A DNA stretch of 64,000 bases from the NCBI RefSeq assembly GCF_036971445.1, contig NC_091469.1, positions 453,158,001 to 453,222,000 on the forward strand. Reading direction: 5' to 3'. The DNA comes from Narcine bancroftii. Taxonomy: Eukaryota. The notes under the pieces were generated by a model that worked only from the letters and a program-made list of their open reading frames with translations, made no database searches and was not told the DNA's origin. The position numbers and the translations under genes were made by a program. Positions 13,785 through 25,700 of the stretch are shown piece after piece. Every line of letters starts with the position of its first letter. Position 1 is the first letter of the stretch.

Positions 13785-13955
13785 GGCCAACTTACAGGCT
13801 ACTCCACATGTCTTTTGGATATGGGAAGAAACTGGAGCACCCAGAGAAAACTCACAAGGCAACTGGGAGAAGTTGTAAACTCTGCATAGACAGCACCTGA
13901 GGTGAGGTCTGAACCCCAGCCATTGGGATACCATGGCTCTACCATGCTGTAATGT
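13785..13955 (-). mobile_element. V-SINE/HE1-like tRNA-derived SINE
   Basis: Reverse of the V-domain core (gaaactggagcacccagagaaaactcac...gggagaa...aaactc..atagacag). Similar copies near 11280-11350, 14370-14545, 41540-41700 and 54070-54430. Confidence 0.7.
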
Positions 13956-14369
13956 CCTACATTGTATGTACTTGCTGTGACACCATTCCGCCTTGAAATA
14001 TCCAGTGTGAAAGACTATAATTGCATCACCCAAAAGTTTATTATCAAGTAGGCTAGTGAAGCAAGAGTAAAATGTGCCAACAAAAGTAGGAGACAAAAGA
14101 GGCAACAAAATAAAAAGCACACCAGAGGGAGAATGGGTGAGTGAAGAAAGCCTGATGGGATGAGACCATGCTCTTTGGGGTGGGGATCAGCAGACCTAGA
14201 GAACAGTACACAGGAAGCAGGGAGCGCAGAGAGAGATAAGTTAGCAAATTACTCGGAAGAAAAGTTAATGAGAGGAAAGAATTAAGAACAGGGTAAAGAA
14301 GGAAACAGTAGAACTAGATTGCAGGGTGGGAGGAATTGCTAGATGCTAGAAATCTGAAATTGAAAACAC

Positions 14370-14545
14370 GGTACTGTCTGTAAGGAGTTTGCATGTTCTC
14401 CCAGTGTCTGCGAGTGTTTCCTCCAGGTGCTCCAGTTTCCTCCCACTCTTCCAATAACACCTGAATTTTGTAGTTAATTGCTGTATTTGGGTGGAACCTG
14501 CTAGTGGCCTAGAAAAGCCTGTTACTGTGCTGTATGTCTAAATTA
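14370..14545 (+). mobile_element. V-SINE/HE1-like SINE fragment
   Basis: ctgtctgtaaggagtttgcatgttctccc..gtttcctccaggtgctccagtttcctcccac core with a CR1-like tail. Confidence 0.7.
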
Positions 14546-14724
14546 AAAAAAATAAAATGCTGCAAACACTCATCAGATTCTGGCAAAAGATCTTCAACCT
14601 AAAAGGTTAATTTGTGTTTCTCTTTCCTATCAGCTCTGCTACATGTTTCTAGCATTCTGTGGTTTTATATATAACAAATTAGTAGATTGAATAAAAATCC
14701 TGCAGATGTCAAAAGTCTGACAGC

Positions 14725-15810
14725 AAAGGGGCGTGGCCATACTAATGAGCTGAGCAGGTGTTTTGAAAGAGCTCTCCACAAAATGAATTAAAAAGACAGT
14801 TTAAAAACTCAAAAACCAGAATTTTATCATCAAAAATGGATAAACCAAGTACTAAACGACTAAGGCAACTGAGAACAAAAACTGAAGAAGTGACAGCTCA
14901 GCCAGGAACATCGAGTGGAAGCCTGATGAGTGACTCAGCAGGGGTCTTGGGACTGGTTAAAGCCAACAGAGCTGGGGAGCCGGCCCAAGATATAGTCTCC
15001 ATCCTGAACATGTTGGAAACTTTATGCAGTTGTTTTACGAGTATGGAAACAGCGATGAGAGATACATCAGAGAAGGTAATGGAAATTAAAGAAGTTGTGG
15101 GAGACTTAAGTGAATGAATGACTCATTCAGAGGCTGGAAAAAACAAATGACAGGTTGAGGGCACTGAAAGAAAAAGCAAAAATATAGGACACAATAAAGA
15201 AAGGACTGATGGATAAGATAGACAATATAAAGAATTTTAGCAGATGTAACAATATAAGAATCATCAGACTGAGAGAAGGAATAGAGGGAAAAGATGCAGT
15301 GAGTTTCTTTGAAACATGAATCCTACAAATGCTGGGACAAAATAAATTAAATGCAAAGCTGCAAATTGAAAGGGCTCAGACCCAGAAGAATTGGCGAGCA
15401 AATTGAAAGGGCTCAGACCCAGAAGAATTGGCGAACAGTGACCGTAACCAGTCCTGGTAAGACTTTTAAGTTACCAGGAAAGAGATGCAATTATGGGAGC
15501 AACATATGAATATTCAAAAAATAATAATGACCAATTAGTGGTGAACCATGCAAAAGTAATGTTTTTTCCAGGACTTCAGCCCTGGCTTGGTCAAACAAAG
15601 AAAGGAATTTGATGAGGGAAAGAGACAAATGCGATCTAAAAACTTTAACTATTCAGTGATTTATCCAGCAAGGCTGAGGGTGGATGTCGCAGAAGGTAAT
15701 CAACGAATTTTCAAGAATAAAGAAGTGCAAGAAATTTTAAGTATGAAAAGATTAAATTCGCCAGGTGAAAGGACTGCAAAGACAACTTCAAAACGGGACT
15801 AACTGAAAAA
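14725..15810 (+). mobile_element. L1/Tx1-type LINE 5' end with decayed ORF1
   Basis: Coiled-coil region, NFSRCNNIRIIRLREGIEG (RRM start), VLVRLLSYQER, FFPGL, VIYPARLRV (C-terminal domain). Internal 37-bp tandem duplication. Confidence 0.8.
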
Positions 15811-16864
15811 CGTATCTTTTTATTTATACTAACAGTACTGATTTATCCTGTTTTCACAGAGAAAAAAAAACATTGCTTTATATGGAGAGATTTTAAATGA
15901 CAGAAAGGTGGTAAGGAAAGTAGCGAGGTGGGAATTCCAACTTGGGAGGGAAAATGGCGCTGGGAGAGGAGCAACTTTAAAAAATGGCTCCAAAGGGAAG
16001 GATTCTTCTTCTTCTTTGGAAGAACTATTGTCAAACAAGTTTTTATTCAAACTGATTCCACAAGAACTATCTTTAGTTTGCACACTGCAGCACTCTTGCA
16101 AACTGTAAAAATCCAAATGTGCCAAATTTATTTAACTCACTCCACTTAATCTGAGTGAATACGTATTTAAATAATACTTTATCATAGTTAAAGCATCCAG
16201 AGAATTCACATTATGTACAGTAATTGGCCATTCAATTTACCTTTACTTTAATGCACTCTTGGGCACTTTAAAATGTCTGTTACATTTCCCAATGCAGTTT
16301 TGTTGTAAAGCAACTTGGAGATTTGACCAAGACTCAGCCTTCATCTTCAGTCTTTCTGTACTCTCTCTGATTTATCTAAGACACGTTCCTTTGCTCATAT
16401 GTTTACACAAATCTGGTGAAATTCCTCCATCCCTTATCTTCAGGTCGTCAATCAATTGAGGGAAAAAAACCTATTCATGCAAAAAATATGCTACAGCAGC
16501 TTTGAGACAAAACACAGATCATGTGTTCTCAACTGCAGCTTCGCAACTCTTCCCCAAGAACATTTTCAGCTCTGATTTTAGCCCTGCAGACTGTCCTCCC
16601 ACTCATAGTTATTCAGCAAAACATGGATTATTGATGCATTTGTGTCTAGATTTTGGACAATTTTAATCAGGATTCTAATAGAAAGGAACAAATCTGAAAC
16701 TGTTTATAAAAAAAAAAAAAAAAAAAATGACCACATGTCTTACCATTTTAGTGGTAAATGATTTCCAATATTCTAAAAAGCAAAAAAAAAAAATCGCAAC
16801 TGGACAAAGATCTACAAGTGTAACCTAATGATTGGAATAAAATCAGGCACACAGGAAATTAAGG

Positions 16865-17300
16865 ATTTGCTGGACCCACAAAGGCTGAAGCAGGAGGCTG
16901 GCGGCTAAAGGACTTATAACAGGTTGCAGGAGCTTGAGGATTGGCAGCTGAAGGACTCACCAATGCTGTTGGAGACTGGTGGCTGAATGACCCACGCAAG
17001 CTGCGGGACACAAGATTAGCGGCTGAAGGACTCAACAAGGAGCAGGAGACTCTTGACGGGAGAGTGGCAGCTGAAGGACCCACATAGGCTGTGGGAGATT
17101 GGAGTGTGGCTGTAAAAAGACTCACACCAGACTGCACGCTGTAGGAGACTGGAAACTGGAAGCTGAAGGACTCACAAAGGCTGCAGGAGACTGGTAGCTG
17201 AAGAACTCACAAGACGCTGCGGGCTTCAGGACACTGTAGACTGGTGGTTGAAGGATTCACACAAGGTGCAGACTGCTGTAGACTGGCTCTTGGGAACCAG
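16865..17300 (+). repeat. Degenerate tandem repeat (units about 35-50 bp; core gactggtggctgaaggactcac)
   Basis: About 10 recurrences of gctgaaggac(t/c)cac-like motifs. Confidence 0.75.
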
Positions 17301-19026
17301 GTATTGGGACCAAGATTCGAGAGGATGCCGATAGTGAGAGAGGATCCCAAAGGGCCTCGAGTGCTGAGGGCTTCCTGATCATAACATGTTCAGAACTGGG
17401 AACTCAGGCTTGCCAATGGAATGGAAGGGAGGACATGTGGCTATAGAAGTTGTGGGAGCACTGGAGGTGAATCCATAGAAAGTTGGAGTCTCCGAAGGAC
17501 TCTCTCTTGCTTGTTGGGGGGACCAGGCTACACTAAGTGGCACCTCTTTGTGTGCCTTTACATGAGGCAAAAGTAGGTGAATTTTGTGTACTATATGATG
17601 AAAATAAAGGAATCTTCAACAAAAAGAAAATCATAGGGTAATCAGAACATTTAAGAAAAGCTTCCTTTCATGATCCAGTGCTAAATGATGAGCTGTGTCA
17701 TTTGAAATTTGAATGCATTGTACTAGGTTTCAATTACAACTACCCATTTGTTCTGCAAAAAAGCCTTAAGCTTCTTCCCAGTGCTCTTACTCCATTAGTG
17801 AGCAAAGGAAGAGAAAAGATGTTATCACCCACCCACCAGCAAGAGCCTGTGGTTATGAATCAAATATAATATTATTTAATGTTCTCATTGGCTAGGAAGC
17901 AGTCCAGATAAAATGTGAACGAGTTGCCAGTGATGCTGAATCTGCACTAAGCAAGACTCCACTCTGCAATCCACATTTACTATAATGGCTGTAGAATAAT
18001 AGCAGCTAAGACAAAATGCAACAGCAATTCACCTGGGAATTGAAAAGGTTTTGCTTTATTAGAACAATGTTTGCAGCTGATAGAGTTGGTCTGGGATTAT
18101 TGTTAGTACTGCCATTTCTGTTCATGAAGCCTCGATGGATGACCTTTGATGGATGTTAAGGAAATATGCTGAAAGGAGGATCTCTGAAGCATTGAGAAGT
18201 AAAACAAACTAATGCACAGACTTGCGGACAAATAAAACTCCTCAGAAAAACGCCTGAAAAATTCCTTTAGACGATAATATCTACAAGCTAAGATAGCTAA
18301 GCAATAGTTTGCAGTGTTTGTAAGAAAAATAATTTAAAAACTTACACAGTTCCTTTGCAATTGGGCATCAAATCAATATGGTCCAGCAGAAAGTACCGAC
18401 TCGAAGGAACAAAAAAACTACTGATATTGTCATTCTTCAGGTCACTAAGTTTCTACCTCTATGGAATAGCATTACAGATGACTACTGCCAAGAACATTTT
18501 CCAGTCATGATGAGATTGAAAGTACCAATGATGCAGATGTATCTTTTCATTTATGGAAGAAGTTTGGGTAGATTCTATTTTTAAGGCCAAGTGTGCCCAA
18601 GTAATGCTGCTTTGGCCAAATATGTATCTGACAAATTGGTTATCAACTATGTTTTGACAGAATTTCCTTAAGGAATGAAAAACTCCCTTAGGCATTATTG
18701 ATTGAAGTAAATTAAATCAATCACTTCTGAAACTTACTCTTAAAGTTCTCTCTTCACATTAGTAGGCTGTTCTAAATGTCTGCTTACTTTTTTCCTATCG
18801 GTTGATTATTTGCCGCCTTGCCTGTAATTCTTTACAAATCAACTAGTGGTCCCAGTTCAATATCCTGAGAATTGACTTGAGAAGTCCCAGGCCTTGGTTT
18901 GCACTGGCATAAATGAGGTGAGAACATGTAAAACTTGCTTTAAACAATATTGAATTCATTAGCAATAATAATTTTTTTTAAAAAATCTTACATTATGTGA
19001 CAAGTGAGATCACAAATGGGTTAGAC

Positions 19027-19666
19027 CAGTGGTTTTCAAACTTTTTCTTTCCACTCATATACCACCTTCAGTACTCCCTATGCCGTAGGTGCTCTGTGAT
19101 TAGTAAGGGATTACTGAAGGTGGTATGTGAGTGGAAAGAAAAAGTTTGAAAGCCACTGTTTTAATTGTCCCTAATTAGCTCGTTATGTGCACGGTTTCAT
19201 AACCCCCCCCCCAAAGGAAATGGGCCAATGGCAATTTTTCTCAAGCAAAATATTTCAGTAACAATCTGGTCTTGTCTAGAGCAATGGTTTTCAATCTTTT
19301 TTTCCCACTCACATACCACCTTCAGTATTCCCTATGCCGTAGGTGCTCTGTGATGAGTAAGGGATTACTGAAGGTGGTATGTGAGTGGAAAGAAAAAGTT
19401 TGAAAGCCTCTGTTTTAATTGTCCCTAATTGACTTGTTATGTGTACGGTTTCATAACCCCCCCCCCCCCCCCCCAAAGGAAATGGGCCAATGGCAATTTT
19501 TCTCAAGCAAAATATTTCAGTAACAATCTGGTCTTGTCTAGAGCAATGGTTTTCAATCTTTTTTTCCCACTCACATACCACCTTAAGCAATGTCTTACTA
19601 ATCACAGAGCACCTAAGGCATAGGATTCTTAAAGTGGTATGTGAATGGAAAGAAAAAGTTTGAAAA
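19027..19666. mobile_element. Compound hAT (Charlie-like) MITE, three mini-units and two spacers (internally duplicated variant)
   Basis: CAGTGGTTTTCAAAC-type TIRs bound each ~130-bp palindromic unit (19027-19158, 19282-19412, 19544-~19666); right end eroded. Confidence 0.85.
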
Positions 19667-20354
19667 ATTAGAATAATAAAACAGATTACTCCATTGAACC
19701 TAAATGGGAAAGAAAAGTACAGACCCTTCAGCCCACAATATTGTGCCGACTAATGGAAATCAACTCCAAACAAACTTAACCTTCCCTGCCTCTATTTTTC
19801 TTACATCCATGTGCCTATCTCAGAGTGTTTTGAATGCTCCTATTGTACCAGCCTCCACCACCAAACCCGGCAATACAAAAGGAAGATGTTCATAAACCTA
19901 TTACAATCATAGCTTTACAGACAAAGTATTTCAAAGTTGAAGAAAATATTTCTACTGCTGCTGCGATTCCCTCTTCTCCTTCTCCTATTCTCCAATCTCT
20001 TTTCCCCCAGTAAAATTAAATGACTGTCACTAGATTAGGGCTTGGCTTGGTTGGATGTCATATTATTTTGGTAGCCCCAGAGCACTAATTACCTCAAGAT
20101 CATCTTGAATTTCTTTCAAAAGAGGTGTGCACCATTGATTGCAAAGTCCTGCATCACTGCGTCTGTTGGGAGATTCAGGCATTATATCCTGGATTCAATC
20201 AATCTCTGGACCTGCCTGGGACTTGAAGTTTGTAGATCAAGGGCCCTGGTTGAGATGATTATTGAAAGTGTGCCACTTATTTCAAGTTCAAATTTATATC
20301 ATCTGAATACACATGGTACACACATGGTACTTAATAATCTCATCCATACTGACT

Positions 20355-21870
20355 AATGAGGTGTTGTGGGTCCATATAAGTCGTCCTTTACATGCACACC
20401 AAGGAACTTTGGGCTCTCCACTTTCTCCATGATGGAATTGTTGATGTGCAATGGAGAATGATTGGCCTTCATCCTCCTGAAGTCCACAATCATCTCTTTT
20501 GCCTTGTCCACAATGAGACTCAGGTTGCTATTCTCGCAGGATTTCACGAGCTGTTCAACCTCCTCTCTGTAACCTGACTCATCGTTGCTGGCAATAAGGC
20601 CAAGTACTGTTGGAAAACCTGCAAATCTAAACCAGTCTGCATCCAAACCATTTGAACTGAATCTAGCAGTACAGTCGTGAGTCAGCAGTATGAAAAGTAG
20701 TGGGCTGAGCACACTGTCCTGAGAAGCGCCAGTGGTGATGGGCCTAGGGATTTTGCTACTAACCCAGGGTGACTGTGGTCTTTTGGACAAGAAGTTCAGT
20801 GTTGAATGCCGTGCCTGGCGTATGAGATATCATTCTCTGGATCAGGATGGAGTGGGGGTTCAAAACTATATCATCATGAGCAGACTGGTTTAGGTGCAGG
20901 CTGGTTTAGGTGCAGGCTGGTTTAGGTGCAGGCTGGTTTAGGTGCAGGCTGGTTTAGGTGCAGGCTGGTTTAGGTGCAGGCTGGTTTAGGTGCAGGCTGG
21001 TTTAGGTGCAGGCTGGTTTAGGTGCAGGCTGGTTTAGGTGCAGGCTGGTTTAGGTGCAGGCTGGTTTAGGTGCAGGCTGGTTTAGGTGCAGGCTGGTTTA
21101 GGTGCAGGCTGGTTTAGGTGCAGGCTGGTTTAGGTGCAGGCTGGTTTAGGTGCAGGCTGGTTTAGGTGCAGGCTGGTTTAGGTGCAGGCTGGTTTAGGTG
21201 CAGGCTGGTTTAGGTGCAGGCTGGTTTAGGTGCAGGCTGGTTTAGGTGCAGGCTGGTTTAGGTGCAGGCTGGTTTAGGTGCAGGCTGGTTTAGGTGCAGG
21301 CTGGTTTAGGTGCAGGCTGGTTTAGGTGCAGGCTGGTTTAGGTGCAGGCTGGTTTAGGTGCAGGCTGGTTTAGGTGCAGGCTGGTTTAGGTGCAGGCTGG
21401 TTTAGGTGCAGGCTGGTTTAGGTGCAGGCTGGTTTAGGTGCAGGCTGGTTTAGGTGCAGGCTGGTTTAGGTGCAGGCTGGTTTAGGTGCAGGCTGGTTTA
21501 GGTGCAGGCTGGTTTAGGTGCAGGCTGGTTTAGGTGCAGGCTGGTTTAGGTGCAGGCTGGTTTAGGTGCAGGCTGGTTTAGGTGCAGGCTGGTTTAGGTG
21601 CAGGCTGGTTTAGGTGCAGGCTGGTTTAGGTGCAGGCTGGTTTAGGTGCAGGCTGGTTTAAATGAAAGGCAAACTGAAATGGGTCCAATGTGGCTGGATG
21701 GTGTGATTGGATACATTCCATGACCTCCCATTGCAAACATTTCATGATTGGAGAGGGCAGTGCCACTGGACAGACATCATTTAGTTCAGTTATTTGGCCA
21801 CCAGGAAGGTGATTTTTACTTTTAACTACGATGTGTCCCATACAATAAAAAAAAACTTCTGGCAATCCTG
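20355..21870 (-). mobile_element. Decayed Rex1-type RT fragment interrupted by a minisatellite
   Basis: PVAL.SPIMKC, LDPFQFAF, TGASQDSVLSPLLF.LLTHDC, DKAKEMIVDFRR, KFLGVH. Confidence 0.8.
20885..21660 (+). repeat. Perfect 16-bp minisatellite (CTGGTTTAGGTGCAGG) x about 48.5
   Basis: Directly visible; 776 bp with no variant units seen. Confidence 0.98.
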
Positions 21871-22764
21871 AGTGCCTACAGTTACGCTCATGAGGAAATC
21901 ATTGTAAAAAAAAACCTCAAATGCAAGACTCAATCTTGAAAGCATGTTTTTATGTTCTTGAAGTGAAACTGTGACTTAGTATATCATTTTAAGAGGACAA
22001 AAATACTTGTACATTTATATACAACATTAATTTGAGACCCAGACAAGGAGCAGTTGATTACACTTTAAATTGAGTCAGAATGCTGCACATTCAAACCCTG
22101 CTCCAAACCCTGAGACACCATTTTTCAGCTGAAGCATCAGACAAATGCTTTATCTGCTCTTAAAGGTAACATTTCCCCTGACCAAAATTTAATCCCCAAC
22201 ACCACTTAAAAATGATCTTTTTCTGTGGATTTTTGGCATGCCTAAATCGACTGCTGGATTTGTTTCAATACAAAAGTGATTACAATTCACTGGCTGCAAA
22301 ATGCTTTTTGGTTCTGCCTGAGGCTGTGAAAGAAATGATGTGAACAGACTTTCCTTCTGACACACGAAATTTAAATGATGTTGCTCTGTTCCAAGACGCA
22401 CCCAACAATATTGCTCATTTGAAACATCAACTGACAACATGCATTATACAGTATTACACGAGCCAACTAGTTGTCCAAATCATAAATCTGAAGAGGATCC
22501 ATTGCTGCTTTCTGGTGTGCATTGACCTCCAGTTTATATTTTTCAAATCACATTCCACTCTGTGTAACACAAAGTGCTCCTGAACAACAGACCCATTCTG
22601 AGATTAAAAGTTTTCAATACTATGGAATGCAACATTCATTCAGGCTTTATTCTATGTAAGCTTGGAGACATTAAACCAACAGCAACTGTAGAGCTTTTCA
22701 TCCAAACAAGGCTAGAAGTACAAATTTAATATAAATGTTTACCATATCAAATCAGGCTAAATTT

Positions 22765-25700
22765 CGTGTGTCGGGAGAGGAGAGGAGAGGAGAGAGGAGA
22801 AGGACAGAGAGGAAACGAGTCGGGGGCAGGTAAGAAAACTTTTTTAAAAGTCTCTTACCGGGGCCTGCGGAGAGGAGTCGGCGTCGGAGGCGACCATTGG
22901 TCGGACGGGCCTACAGGAGAGCGTGTAGGGGTTAATTGGTAAAAGGCCAATAAATAAGAGGGACAGCGAGTGGCCCAGCGAGCGAGTGGCCCAGCGAAGG
23001 AGTGGGACTTCCAGGCTTTGGCTCATCAGGCTTCAGCAAAAGGTTGGCTGTTTTTATTAGCACTTCCTAGGTGAGTGCACGGTACATTAAAAAGCTGAGC
23101 CATGCCTATGGGGTTAGTGCTCTGCTCAAGTTGCCAGATGTGGGAGCATGGGTGACCTCCACCCTCCCAAATGACCATATCTGTGCCAGGTGCAAAGAAG
23201 TGGGGTTCCTTAGGGGCCGAGCTGATGAACTGGAGCTCCAGCTTGATGATCTTAGGCTCGCAAGAGAGAGTGAAGAGGTAAGCGAAAGGACCTTAAATCT
23301 TCCCACAGGACATACCTGCAGGGGATGTAATGAGACACAAGCATTAAAAAATAAAATCAAAGAAATGGAGTTGCAGCTTGATGATCTGAGGCTTATCAGG
23401 GAGAGTGAAGAATTTATAGATACAACGCTCAGGGAAGTGCTTACCCCTGGATTGGGGGTGTCAGGTAAGTGGACTACTGTCATGGGAGGGGGGAAAGTTG
23501 CTAGCTCTGTGGTGAGCACCCTGGTGGCTACTGCTCTTAGCAACAAATGTAGTGTATTGGATGTAGTTGGGGAAGATAACCTGCCAGAAGTTGCACCAAG
23601 GGAACCGGTGGTGCGGAAAGGAAGGAAGGGGAACAAGGTGGTCATTGAGGACTCCATCGTCAGGGGAACAGACAAAAGATTCTGCGAACCTGACAAGTGT
23701 TCCCGTATGGTGTGTTGCCTCCCAGGAGCCAGGGTGTGAGACGTCTCGGATAGGGTTCAGAGTATCCTGGGGGGGGAAGGTGAACGGCCAGAAGTCCTGA
23801 TACACGTGGGTACAAATGACGTGGATAAGATGAAGGAGGAGAACCTGAAGAGGGATTACCGTGAGCTCGGAAGGAGGTTAAGAAGCAGAACCTCCAGGAT
23901 TGTAATCTCGAGGCTGCTACCTGTGCTGTACATGGGTGGGGGAAAAAATAATAAAATCAGGAGGTTAAGTGTGTGGCTGGAGGAATGGTGCAGAGTGCAG
24001 GGATTCAGGTTCATTGACCATTGGGATCTCTTCTGGGGAAGACAAGACCTCTACAGGAGGGATGGTTTACACCTGAATGCAATGGGGGCCAATATACTGG
24101 CAGTTAGGTTTAAAAATGCTGTCAGATTTGATTTAAACTAATTTGGCAGGGGGAAGGGAACAGGACTGATAGGGAAGCAGATAGGAGAGTGAATATAGGG
24201 GTGTTTCCGTTAGACAGTGAAACAATAAGGAAAATGGGAACTAAAAAGAATAGGAGAGTAGGGGCAAGTGCATCGAGAACAAAGGTAGAAGGAGAAAGGA
24301 GATATGGTATCAAGGTATTGTGTATGAATGCATGGAGTGTAAGGAATAAAATGGATGAGCTTGAGGCACAAATGGCAATGGGAGGTTATGATATTGTCGG
24401 AGTAACGGAGACATGGCTGCGGGAAGGGCAGGATTGGGAAATAAATGTTCCAGGGTACACGTCCTATAGAAAAGACAGAAAGTTAGGAAGAGGAGGTGGG
24501 GTAGCTCTGTTGGTAAGAAATGAAATTCAGGCGTTTGAAAGGAAAGACATTGAAACAGGTGGGGTAGAGTCTGTTTGGATAGAATTAAGAAATTGTAAAG
24601 GCATGAGGACCATAATGGGGGTCATTTACAGGCCTCCGAAAAGTAGCTTAGATATCAGTAGAAGTATAAATCAGGAATTAAGAGTGGCATGTCAAAGTGG
24701 TAGCAATACAGTAGTTATGGGGGATTTTAACATGAAGGTGGACTGGGATAATCAGACGGGGGCAGGAGCACAAGAGACTGAGTTTATTGAATGTCTATGA
24801 GATACTTTCTTGGAGCAGCTAGTGGAGGAACCTACCAGGGGGAAGTCGATTCTGGACTTGGTGCTGTGCAGTGACGCAGAGTTAATAAGTGACCTCGATG
24901 TAGGGGAGCCATTAGGGAATAGTGACCATGGTATGGTTGCTTTTGAGCTGCAATTAGAAAGGGAAAAAGAAAGGAAGTCGGAAGCATCTGTACTGCAGTT
25001 AAATAAAGGGGATTATGCAGCTATGAGGGAGGAGCTAGCCAAAATAAAATGGAAAGATACACTAGCTGGGAGGACAACTGGGGAAAAATGGCAGGTATTT
25101 TTGGACATTTTTCACAGGTTTCAGGACAAATTTATTCCAAAGTGGAGGAAAGGCTCTAGGAGATGCAAATGGCAGCCGTGGCTAACTAATGAAATCAAGT
25201 GTAATATCAAATCCAAAGGGTGTAAGTATAGGATAGCGAAGCGGAGTGCGAAGTTAGAGGATTGGGAAACCTTCAAAGAGCATCAGAGGGTAACTAAGAA
25301 AGTCATAAGAGAGGGGAAAATGAAGTACGAGAGGAAATTAGCAAATAATATAATGGAGGATAGCAAAAGCTTTTTTAAATATGTGAAGAGGAAGAAATTG
25401 GTTTGGTCCAAAATTGGTCCATTAAGAATGGAAAAGGGTGAAATTATTACCGGAAACAAGCTGAGGAATTTAACAAATACTTTGTAACTGTCTTCACCAA
25501 GGAGGATATAGGTTATGGTCAGTTAGGGGGTAATGGTCATGCGGTGTCAAGAGACTTGGGGAACTTTCCTGGGGAAGTAGGGGACCTAATGGATATCCGG
25601 ATCCAGAAACAGGAGGTTGTGAGTAAATTGTTGGGACTGAGGGCTGATAAATCCCCAGGGCCTGATGGGCTGCATCCCAGGGTGCTTAAAGAAGTTGCTA

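Noticed and set aside
16708-16727. Poly-A run as a processed pseudogene tail
   Set aside because: No upstream recognisable ORF or TSD; treated as a simple homopolymer.
20885-21660. CRISPR array or interstitial telomere
   Set aside because: There are no spacers, and the unit is 16 bp with TTAGG, not tandem TTAGGG.
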